Source of the DNA: an uncultured Candidatus Rokubacteria bacterium
GTDB lineage: Bacteria; Methylomirabilota; Methylomirabilia; Rokubacteriales; CSP1-6
Assembly (NCBI GenBank): GCA_963771355.1
Contig: CAVYTA010000005.1
Coordinates: forward strand, 944,121 to 1,008,120
DNA length: 64,000 nucleotides
Reading direction: 5' to 3'
Below, in pieces: positions 23,965-32,123 of the stretch. How positions within the stretch are numbered: the stretch's first letter is position 1; every line of letters begins with the position of its first letter. The position numbers and the translations under genes were made by a program. The notes under the pieces were generated by a model. The model worked only from the letters and a program-made list of their open reading frames with translations, was not told the DNA's origin and ran no database searches.

Positions 23965-25494
23965 ATGCGTGCCGCTCTCGCTCGGATCCTGGCGCTCGGC
24001 GCCGTCCTCGTCTTGCTGGGCCCGAGCGATGCCGGCGCCGCGCCCGAGGGCACGCTCACCTTCGCGCTGCACTTCAGCCCCGTGAACCGCTGGCTGGATC
24101 CCGCCGAGGGTGAGAGCACCATCACCCCGTATCTGCTGCTCTACGCGCTCCACGACGGGCTGGTGAAGCCCATGCCGGGAAGCGGCTCCGCGCCGAGCCT
24201 GGCCGAGTCCTGGTCCATGACGAAGGATGGGCTGTCCGCGGAGTTCCTCCTCCGCCAGGGCGTCAAGTTCCATCACGGCGAGCCGGTGACCGCCGACGAC
24301 GTGAAGTTCTCCTTCGAGCGCTACCGCGGCGGCGCCGCCAAGGTCCTCAAGGACAACGTGAAGGAGATCCAGGTCCTCGGACCCCAGCGCGTGCGCTTCG
24401 TCTTCAAGGAGCCGTGGCCGGACTTCCCCGCCTTCTACGGCACCTTCGTGGCCAGCGCGGGCTGGGTCGTGCCCAGAAAATACGTGGAGCAGGTGGGCGA
24501 GGAGGGCTTCCGCAAGGCGCCGGTGGGCGCGGGGCCCTACAAGTTCGTGAGCTTCAAGCCGGGCGTGGAGCTGGTGCTGGAGGCCTTCGAGGGCTACTGG
24601 CGCAAGACGCCCTCCATCAAGCGCCTGGTGTTCCGCAGCCTGCCCGACGAGACCACGCGGGCGGCCGCGCTCAAGGCCGGTGAGGTGGACGTGGCCTTTC
24701 TCCTGAGTGGGCCCGTGGCCGACGATGTCCGCAAGACGCCCGGGCTGCGCCTGGTGGCGCCGCTCCTCGGCATCTTCTGGCTGGATTTCCCCGACCAATG
24801 GGACCCGAAGTCCCCGTGGGCGGACAAGCGCGTCCGGCTCGCCGCCAGCCTCGCCATCGACCGGCAGGCCCTCAACCAGGCCGAGACGCTAGGCCTCTCG
24901 CGCCCGACCGGCAGCATCGTGCCGCGCGACTTCGAGTTCGCGCTGCCATTCGAGCCGCATCCCCACGATCCCAGGCGCGCGCGCCAGCTCCTCGCCGAGG
25001 CCGGCTATCCGCAGGGCTTCGACGGCGGCGAGATCGCGCCCTTCCCCCCGTACAACGCCATGGGGGAGGCCATCATGGGCTGGCTCCAGGCCGTCGGCAT
25101 CCGCACGCGCATGCGCAGCATGGAGCGCGCCGCCTTCATGACCGCGTGGCGGGAGAAGAAGCTGCGAGGCGTGGTGCTGACCATCAGCGGCGTATCCGGA
25201 AACGCGGCGACGCGGCTGGAGTCCTTCGTGACCGCCAGCGGGGCCTTCGCCTTCGGCTCCCTGCCCGAGGTGAACGACCTCTTCGCGCGGCAGCAACGGG
25301 AGCTGGACCGGAAGAAGCGCGAGGCGCTGCTCCACCAGCTCCAGCGCATCCTCCACGAGCAGGTCACCCAGGCGCCGGTCTATCATCTGGGTTTTCCCAC
25401 CGGGCTGGGGCCGCGAGTGGAAGACATCCTCACCGGAGCCATTCCCGGCTTCTACATGGCTCCGTTCGAGGATCTGCGGCTCCGGCGGCCGTGA
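23965..25494 (+). CDS. ABC transporter substrate-binding protein, family 5 (peptide/nickel)
   Basis: Signal peptide; PSLAESW, LRQGVKFHHGEPVTADDVKFSF, PVGAGPYKF, RVRLAASLAIDR. Confidence 0.93.
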   Translation: MRAALARILALGAVLVLLGPSDAGAAPEGTLTFALHFSPVNRWLDPAEGESTITPYLLLYALHDGLVKPMPGSGSAPSLAESWSMTKDGLSAEFLLRQGVKFHHGEPVTADDVKFSFERYRGGAAKVLKDNVKEIQVLGPQRVRFVFKEPWPDFPAFYGTFVASAGWVVPRKYVEQVGEEGFRKAPVGAGPYKFVSFKPGVELVLEAFEGYWRKTPSIKRLVFRSLPDETTRAAALKAGEVDVAFLLSGPVADDVRKTPGLRLVAPLLGIFWLDFPDQWDPKSPWADKRVRLAASLAIDRQALNQAETLGLSRPTGSIVPRDFEFALPFEPHPHDPRRARQLLAEAGYPQGFDGGEIAPFPPYNAMGEAIMGWLQAVGIRTRMRSMERAAFMTAWREKKLRGVVLTISGVSGNAATRLESFVTASGAFAFGSLPEVNDLFARQQRELDRKKREALLHQLQRILHEQVTQAPVYHLGFPTGLGPRVEDILTGAIPGFYMAPFEDLRLRRP

Positions 25495-25504
25495 GCCGAC
25501 GGCG

Positions 25505-26584
25505 CTAGCGGCGCCGGTACTTCTCCAGCGCCCCCGGAGCCAGCGCCATGCCGTGGCCCGGCCGGTCGGAGATGCGGAAGACGCCGCCCTCGCAGCGCGG
25601 CAGCTCCTCGAAGAGGTCCGACGGCGCCCAGTCCATCAGCTCCACCAGGAACCCGTTGCTGAGCGCCCCCACCACGTGGAGCGAGAGCTCGTGCACCACG
25701 TGCGGCGAGATGGGCACGCCGTGGGCAGCGGCCAGGTGACCGATGCGCAGAGTCTCCGAGTAGCCGTTGGCACGGCCCACGTCGGGCATGAGGTAGCGGG
25801 CGGCGCGCTGCTCGATGAGCTCGCGGAACTCGTAGCGGGAATAGGCATTCTCGCCGGTAGCTACCGGGATACGGATGGAGCGGGCGACCTCGGCGCAGGC
25901 GGCGATGTCGTCCGCGAGGACCGGCTCCTCGTACCAGACGAGATCGAGATCCTCCAGCATCTGCGCCTGGCGGATGTTGCCGACCACGTCGAGCTTCTGG
26001 TTCACGTCGACCATGAGCCGGACGCCGTCCCCCACCGCCTTCTTCACTGCCTCGATGCGCCGCCGGTTTTCCCGAGGGTCCGGATGGTGGATCTTCATCT
26101 TGTAGTAGCGGCAGCCGCGCCCAACGTACTTCTTGGCCTCCTGAATGAGGTCCTCGATCGCGTACTTGCCCCAGCCTCCGCTGCCGTAGGCCTCGGCGCG
26201 GTCCGTGTAGCCGCCCCAGAGCTTGTACAGGGGCAGGCGCGCCACCTTGCCCGCCACGTCCCAGAGGCCGATGTCCAGCGCGGACAGCGCGTAGGCCGCG
26301 ATGCCCTGGCGCTTGATGCCCCGATCGGCGCGGTACATCCGCTCCCAGTGCTTCTCGACCAGAAGGGGGTCTTCCCCGATGAGCAGCGGCTTGAGCCGCG
26401 TCTCCAGATAGACCTGGATCGCCTCGGCGCCCCCGCCGCCGAAGGCCAGGGTGTAGCCCAGCCCGCTCACGCCCGCGTCGGTGTGGATGAAGGTCGCGAC
26501 CATGCGATGGTCCGCGAACTCGAGGGACATGGGGCGTCCGCAGGGCAGGACGAGGACGGCGCTCTCGATGGCGGTGATCTTCAT
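25505..26584 (-). CDS. Mandelate racemase/muconate lactonizing enzyme family protein
   Basis: SALDIGLWD, YKMK, LMVDVNQ, WYEEP, VATGEN, MPD, SPH. Confidence 0.92.
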   Translation of the reverse strand: MKITAIESAVLVLPCGRPMSLEFADHRMVATFIHTDAGVSGLGYTLAFGGGGAEAIQVYLETRLKPLLIGEDPLLVEKHWERMYRADRGIKRQGIAAYALSALDIGLWDVAGKVARLPLYKLWGGYTDRAEAYGSGGWGKYAIEDLIQEAKKYVGRGCRYYKMKIHHPDPRENRRRIEAVKKAVGDGVRLMVDVNQKLDVVGNIRQAQMLEDLDLVWYEEPVLADDIAACAEVARSIRIPVATGENAYSRYEFRELIEQRAARYLMPDVGRANGYSETLRIGHLAAAHGVPISPHVVHELSLHVVGALSNGFLVELMDWAPSDLFEELPRCEGGVFRISDRPGHGMALAPGALEKYRRR

Positions 26585-26660
26585 GGCGTGAGGATCATAC
26601 GGGGGCGGGGGGTTGCTTGGCTACTCGTCTTGTGTTTAGTATATCGTCGGAGGGCCCCCA

Positions 26661-27899
26661 ATGAACCAGCCAATGAAGCAGATGGATAGACACCAGCGGC
26701 TCCAGCTCTTGACCGAGTCTGCCACCGGCGATCGCGAGCATGGCCTGCCCGGCAAGGGGCGCTTCACCGAAGGTCCGGTGGGCATCCGCAATGTGCGGGT
26801 CCCCGGCCGCGGCACCACCACCCTGATGCGGGTGATGCAGACGAATGCCTGCTCCCTGTCCTGCGGCTATTGCCCGACGTTCTGCGGCGGCAAGGTCAAG
26901 CGCACGGCTCTGGCCCCGGAGGAGGTCGCGCGGACCTTCATGGAGGCCAATCGCGCGGGCCTGGCCAACGGCCTCTTCCTCACCTCCGGCGTGCCGGGAC
27001 GACCCGAGCGCGCGATGGACCGGATGCTGGACGCGGTGCATATCCTCAGGCGCCGCGAGGGCTTCGCGGGCTACGTCCACCTCAAGATGCTGCCGGGCGC
27101 CCAGGCGGATCAGGTGCGTGAGGCCACGCGACTGTGCGATCGCGTCTCCATCAACCTGGAGGGCCCGCGCGCCGACGTCGTGCGACGGCTCGCGAAGGAG
27201 AAGGACCTCGATGGCGATCTCATCCCCAAGCTCGAGCTGGCCGGCCGCCTCTCGCGCGAGGGGCGGCTCGAGGGCCGGCCGGACCGCCCCGCCCCGATGG
27301 GGACCACGACCCAGTTCGTGGTCGGCGCGCAGGGCGAGCGGGATCGGGAGATCCTCGGCCTCGTCGGCCGTCTCGAAGGCCAGGGCCTGCTGCACCATGC
27401 GCACTTCAGTGCCTTTCAGCCGGTGGCGGGCACGCCGATGGAGGGCCTGGCACCCACGCCGGCCGTGCGTGAGTTCCGCCTCTATCAGGCCGAGCACCTG
27501 CTGCGCCAGTACCGCTTCCGCTTCGAGGAGCTCGTCTTCGAGGCGGACGGCAATCTTCCGCTCGAGCACGATCCCAAGACGGCCTGGGCCCTCGCGCATC
27601 CCGCGGAGTTTCCCCTGGACGTCGGGCGGGCGTCGTTCGACCGGCTGCTGCGCGTGCCCGGCATCGGCCCCCGGGCGGCGGAGCGGCTGGTGGCCGAACG
27701 GCGGGGGGTGGTGTTCCGCGGCGCGAGCGATCTGCGCCGGCTCGGCGTCGACACCGCGCGCGCGGGCTATTTCCTCATTCTGGGCGGGCGCCGGCTCGCG
27801 CGCGAGCAGCCACCGCTCCAGCGGCCGCTCTTTGCCGACGGGGGCCATCTGCCCTCCGTGGTCTGGAAGACGGCCGTGCCCCCCTGCGCCTATCGCTAG
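26661..27899 (+). CDS. Putative DNA modification/repair radical SAM protein with HhH motif
   Basis: TNACSLSCGYC, GLFLTSG, GYVHLK, TTQFVVG, RLYQA, DPKTAWA, LLRVPGIG. Confidence 0.92.
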   Translation: MNQPMKQMDRHQRLQLLTESATGDREHGLPGKGRFTEGPVGIRNVRVPGRGTTTLMRVMQTNACSLSCGYCPTFCGGKVKRTALAPEEVARTFMEANRAGLANGLFLTSGVPGRPERAMDRMLDAVHILRRREGFAGYVHLKMLPGAQADQVREATRLCDRVSINLEGPRADVVRRLAKEKDLDGDLIPKLELAGRLSREGRLEGRPDRPAPMGTTTQFVVGAQGERDREILGLVGRLEGQGLLHHAHFSAFQPVAGTPMEGLAPTPAVREFRLYQAEHLLRQYRFRFEELVFEADGNLPLEHDPKTAWALAHPAEFPLDVGRASFDRLLRVPGIGPRAAERLVAERRGVVFRGASDLRRLGVDTARAGYFLILGGRRLAREQPPLQRPLFADGGHLPSVVWKTAVPPCAYR

Positions 27900-27943
27900 C
27901 GTCGGCGCGAGGCCGACCGCCTACAATGGCCGCGAGTCCCAGC

Positions 27944-28726
27944 ATGACGATCCAGACGGCCGGACGCGTCGCGCTCATCACCGGAGCCTCGGCCGGCATC
28001 GGCGAGGCCACCGCGCGGGTGTTCGCGGACGCCGGCATGCGCCTGGCCCTCTGCGCGCGCCGGGCCGATCGCCTGGAGCGGCTCGCCGGTGAGCTGCGCG
28101 CGAGGGGAACCGAGGTCGCCGTCTTTCCCCTCGACGTGACCGACGCCGCGGCGGTGCGCGGGATGGTGGAGGCCGTGGCGGCCCGCTTCGGCGCCGTGGA
28201 CGTGCTCGTCAACAACGCCGGCCGCGGGCTCGCCGCGAAATTCGAGGACACCACCGCCGAGGAATTCCGCGCGCTGCTCGAGCTGAATCTCCTCGCGGTC
28301 GTCACCGCCAGCCAGGCCGTGCTGCCGCTCATGCGCGGGCAGGGGCGAGGCCATATCCTGAACGTCTCCTCGATCGTGGGGCGCCGAAGCCTGCCCGGCC
28401 GCGCCGCCTACGCCGCGACGAAATTCGCGATGGTGGCGGTGAGCGAGTCGCTGCGCCTCGAGCTGCGCGGGAGCGGCGTGCACGTGAGCCTCGTGTATCC
28501 GATCTACACGGTGACCGAGTTCCACGACGTGGAGACCCAGCGCTTCCGGCTTCGGCGCCGGGGTCCGGTGCAGACCGCCGAGCAGGTCGCGCGGGCCATG
28601 CTTCGCTGCGTCCGGCGCCCGCGCGCCGAGGTGTATCCCTACCGCCCGGCGCGTCTCCTCGCCGGCTTCGCCGCCATGTTCCCCGGCCTCCTGGACCGCA
28701 TGATGGGCCGCGTGCTCACGAGATAG
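27944..28726 (+). CDS. Short-chain dehydrogenase/reductase
   Basis: TGASAGIG, VNNAG, NVSS, YAATK. Confidence 0.93.
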   Translation: MTIQTAGRVALITGASAGIGEATARVFADAGMRLALCARRADRLERLAGELRARGTEVAVFPLDVTDAAAVRGMVEAVAARFGAVDVLVNNAGRGLAAKFEDTTAEEFRALLELNLLAVVTASQAVLPLMRGQGRGHILNVSSIVGRRSLPGRAAYAATKFAMVAVSESLRLELRGSGVHVSLVYPIYTVTEFHDVETQRFRLRRRGPVQTAEQVARAMLRCVRRPRAEVYPYRPARLLAGFAAMFPGLLDRMMGRVLTR

Positions 28727-29130
28727 CGGCGGAGCGGCTTCCAGTAAAAGGCCACCCAGCCGCTGGCATAGCGGTCTGCCTGCGCCGCCGGGACGTCCGA
28801 GTGAAACATGGTGAGCCGGGTGCCCTTCCCGTCCGGCTCCAGCCGGATCTCGAGCCGCGAGTCCGGCGTCTCCTTGGGCCACTCCGTAGTCCGCCAGGTC
28901 TGTAACCACCCGCGTCCCGGCCACATGCCGAGCACCTTGCCCTGGATATAGCCGTCGTAGGCGGTCATCGGGCCGCCGACGAAGCGGGGGATCTGAGCCG
29001 GGGATCCCGTGAACTCGGTATGTCGCTTCGCCTCCGCCAGGGCGGCGTAAACGACCTTGGGCGGAGCGGGAAGGCGAACCGACTGTCGAATCGTTCGAGT
29101 CTTCGGAGCCGGTCGAGCGGGTCTGGCCAT
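28639..29130 (-). CDS. SRPBCC/Aha1 domain protein
   Basis: TIRQSV..PAPPKVVYAAL, QTWRTTEW, GTRLTMFHSDVP, GWVAFYWKPL; tail overlaps the convergent SDR gene. Confidence 0.85.
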   Translation of the reverse strand: MARPARPAPKTRTIRQSVRLPAPPKVVYAALAEAKRHTEFTGSPAQIPRFVGGPMTAYDGYIQGKVLGMWPGRGWLQTWRTTEWPKETPDSRLEIRLEPDGKGTRLTMFHSDVPAAQADRYASGWVAFYWKPLRRYLVSTRPIMRSRRPGNMAAKPARRRAGR

Positions 29131-29140
29131 GGCGGGACTC

Positions 29141-30298
29141 CTAGCGGGTCCGGACATTGCGGATGGTGAAGTACAGGAGGAGATCGTAGACGATCTTGAG
29201 TCCGCCGCCGAGGAGGAACGGCGCCGACAGCGAGAGCGTCTGCATGATCCAGCCGGTCACGGCGGGGCTCACGGACTGGGCCACCGTGCGGGTCGTATTG
29301 GTGAGGGTGGCGGCGTGCTCCCGCTCCTGGTCCTCCACCGCCAGCATGAGGAAGGTCTGCCGCGTCGGTAAGTCCATCTGGGAGAGGAGGTGCCGGGCGA
29401 GGAGCAGGGTCACCGCCACCCACAGGGTGGGCGCCAGCGCGAGGGCGATGAGCAGCACGTTGGAGATGAGGTGGGAGAAGACCATGGTATTGACCAGGCC
29501 CAGCCGCGGGGCCAGCCGCGCGGCTAGCAGCAGCGAGAGCCCGGAGAGAATCTGCGTGCCGAAGAAGATCCAGCCCAGCGTTCCCAGCGCGAGGTCGAAG
29601 CGCGTGTAGAACCAGTAGGTCACCAGGCTCTGGATGACGAAGCCGCCGGCGAAGGAGTCCAGCGCGAACAGCGCGGCGATGCGGCGGACGAGCGAGCGCG
29701 ACGGCGTAGTGTGGCGCGCCCGCGTGGCGGCGGCCACGGGCGGGGTGGGACGCATCAGCCCATAGGCGGCGAGCTGGACCAGGCCGCCCACGAGGAAGAG
29801 CGCGAAGACCCAGGTGGGCGAGCCGGTAAGGCGCGTCACCAGCGCGGCGCCGAGCCCCGAGGCCACGTACCCGGTGAGGTTGTAGAGGCTGAGCGCGCGC
29901 GTGAGCCCGTCGCGCGTGCTCGCGCGCGTCACCGCCACCTGCTCGAGGGCCAGGAATGGCCCGCTCTCCCCGGTGCCGACGGCGAGGTTGCCCAGCATGG
30001 CAGCCACCACCACCAGCCATGGGCTCCGCGCGGTGAGGAAGAGGAGCGCCGAGAGCACGATGAGCGCGGCGAGGCCGAGGAGCGCCGTCCGCGGGCCCCA
30101 GCGCTGAGCGGGCCGCCGCACGGCCACGGTCAGGGCCGCGCTCGAGAGGAGAGCCAGCGTCACCGCGACACCCAGGCCCCGCGCATCGAGCCCCAGCTCG
30201 GTCAGGTAAACCGGAAACAGGACCCCGAGCGAGCCATAGCAGAACGTGCGCGTGGTCTTGGCGATGAAGACGAGCCGGGCGTCACGGGCGAGGGGCAT
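29141..30298 (-). CDS. MFS transporter
   Basis: GESGPFLALEQ, LFALDSFAGGF, NTMVFSHLISN, LSQMDLPTRQ. Confidence 0.9.
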   Translation of the reverse strand: MPLARDARLVFIAKTTRTFCYGSLGVLFPVYLTELGLDARGLGVAVTLALLSSAALTVAVRRPAQRWGPRTALLGLAALIVLSALLFLTARSPWLVVVAAMLGNLAVGTGESGPFLALEQVAVTRASTRDGLTRALSLYNLTGYVASGLGAALVTRLTGSPTWVFALFLVGGLVQLAAYGLMRPTPPVAAATRARHTTPSRSLVRRIAALFALDSFAGGFVIQSLVTYWFYTRFDLALGTLGWIFFGTQILSGLSLLLAARLAPRLGLVNTMVFSHLISNVLLIALALAPTLWVAVTLLLARHLLSQMDLPTRQTFLMLAVEDQEREHAATLTNTTRTVAQSVSPAVTGWIMQTLSLSAPFLLGGGLKIVYDLLLYFTIRNVRTR

Positions 30299-30342
30299 GC
30301 GGGCCGACTGTGGGGGAGGGCTCGAAATCCGTCAAGGCCGCC

Positions 30343-30374
30343 TTGACAGGATAGCTCCTCAGGTGTTTAGTATA
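30343..30374 (+). promoter_or_regulatory. Sigma70-type promoter sharing a motif with the radical SAM promoter
   Basis: TTGACA 30343-48 and GTGTTTAGTATA 30363-74; SD AAGGAGG before ATG 30409. Confidence 0.6.
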
Positions 30375-30408
30375 GGTACGGTAAAGGTACGCTGAAGGAG
30401 GTGTCCAC

Positions 30409-30681
30409 ATGACACTCGATCAACTTCTCCGGTCGGATCTCGGCCGGCTGCTGGACCGGATCGCGACCTGCGAGGGTGCCGGCCCGGCGGTGACGGCGCT
30501 GGATCCCGAAGGACGGAGGCGCATCGAGGAAGCCGAGGCCCGGCTGGCCGCGGCCCGGCTGCGACTGCTGGCCGAATACGAGGAATGGGAGCGGACCCTG
30601 GAGGCCTGCGCGGACCTCTGGGCGGTCTCGAGCCTCCGAGCCTCCGGATTGAACGGGATGCCGGACCAGCAGGCGGCCTAG
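30409..30681 (+). CDS. Hypothetical helical protein (90 aa)
   Basis: Strong SD, own promoter, coiled-coil-like sequence. Confidence 0.75.
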   Translation: MTLDQLLRSDLGRLLDRIATCEGAGPAVTALDPEGRRRIEEAEARLAAARLRLLAEYEEWERTLEACADLWAVSSLRASGLNGMPDQQAA

Positions 30682-31136
30682 CCGCCGATCAGGCGCCGCA
30701 GCCAGCCCTTGTCGGGCGAGGCGGCGCCCATTCGCGCCTCGACGAAGGCCATGCGCGCGGCGTCGAAGCGCTGCCAGTAGTCGGGGAGCCGCCGGGCCAG
30801 GAACACCTGGCCCAGCAGCGCGCGTGAGCGCGCGTCGTTCCCCCCCGCCTCGGCGGCGTCCATGGCGGCGCGGTCGGCGTCTGCGAGCCCTTCTCGAAGG
30901 GCGGTGCGGAGATGGGAGAGCAGGTCGCCCGACAAGGTCACCCATTCCGCGCGGTCCTGCGCGTTGTCCTCTGCCGGCGCGGGGCGTCCGGCTTTCTGGC
31001 GCACGCCCACCAGCAGCTCGAGCGCCGCCATCTCCGTGGCTTCCACGATCCGCTCGCCGAGCTGGGCCTCGATGCGCTCGGCGAGGTTGCGGGGATCCCC
31101 ATGCTGATGGCCGAAGGCGCCCGGGCCCGTGGGCAT
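30678..31136 (-). CDS. Hypothetical protein
   Basis: GC3-biased ORF 2 nt downstream of the NDUFA9-like gene. Confidence 0.75.
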   Translation of the reverse strand: MPTGPGAFGHQHGDPRNLAERIEAQLGERIVEATEMAALELLVGVRQKAGRPAPAEDNAQDRAEWVTLSGDLLSHLRTALREGLADADRAAMDAAEAGGNDARSRALLGQVFLARRLPDYWQRFDAARMAFVEARMGAASPDKGWLRRLIGG

Positions 31137-31138
31137 GG

Positions 31139-32056
31139 CTAGCGGCCGCCCGGGCGTCCGGGGGAGAGCATGCGCCGGAGCCCCTGGTCCAGGGACTGCG
31201 GAACCAGGCGGAAGTCGGCGTAGAACGCCGCGGGATCGGTGACGCTTTCCTCCTCGAGCATGGTGAGCTGATCACTGCTGATCGGATAGAACGGCAGCGC
31301 CTGGAGGATGCGCGTGGCGACGCGGACCGGTGCCAGCGGCACATGGACCTTTCGCACCGCGCGCCGGCCCAGCGCCGCGCCGATATGGTCCAGGATCTCG
31401 ACGAACGGGTACGCCACGGGACCGGCCACCTCGTAGACTCGTCCGTCGCTCGCCGGGACCCGGAGCGCCCGCGCGAAGCCCTCCGCCACGTGCTCGACGG
31501 CGATCGGCTGGAGCCGGTAGCGGCCGTCGCCCAGTACGGGCACGGCGGGCAGGCGCTGCACCATTCCCGCGAGCATGGACACGAGCTCGTCGCCGGGTCC
31601 GAAGATGACGGACGGACGGAAGATCGTCCAGTCCAGCCCGCTGGCGCGTACCGCCTCCTCGGCGGCCCACTTGGTCCGGTGATAGCGGGAGCGCGCGTCG
31701 GGGCGCGCGCCCAGTGCGCTCATGTGGAGAAAGCGCGGCACCCCGGCCGCCTTCGCCAGCCGGAGCATGTTTTCCGTCGCACGGGTGTGAAGAGCGTCGA
31801 AGGTGACGCCGCGCGCCCGGTGCTCGCGGATGACCCCCACGAGGTGGATGATGGCGGCGCAGTCCTCCACTGCGGGCGTCAGGCTCCCGGGCGCCAGCAC
31901 GTTGCCGGGAGTGCGCTCGATGGCCTCGAAGCCCTTGAGGTCGCGCTCCGAGCCGGTGCGGACAAGCGCACGGACCAGGAAGCCGTGGGCCAGGAGCGCG
32001 CGGATGACAGACCTACCGACGAAGCCCGTGCCGCCGGTCACGAAGATGCGCTGCAT
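31139..32056 (-). CDS. NAD(P)-binding atypical SDR (NDUFA9-like)
   Basis: VTGGTGFVG, IHLVG, HMSALG, YHRTKW, WTIFRPSVIFG. Confidence 0.9.
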   Translation of the reverse strand: MQRIFVTGGTGFVGRSVIRALLAHGFLVRALVRTGSERDLKGFEAIERTPGNVLAPGSLTPAVEDCAAIIHLVGVIREHRARGVTFDALHTRATENMLRLAKAAGVPRFLHMSALGARPDARSRYHRTKWAAEEAVRASGLDWTIFRPSVIFGPGDELVSMLAGMVQRLPAVPVLGDGRYRLQPIAVEHVAEGFARALRVPASDGRVYEVAGPVAYPFVEILDHIGAALGRRAVRKVHVPLAPVRVATRILQALPFYPISSDQLTMLEEESVTDPAAFYADFRLVPQSLDQGLRRMLSPGRPGGR

Positions 32057-32123
32057 CTGCGCGGAATCGTAGCACGGATAAATCCCCGGCGCCTCCGCCG
32101 GGGCCGCTCGGTATCATGGGAAC

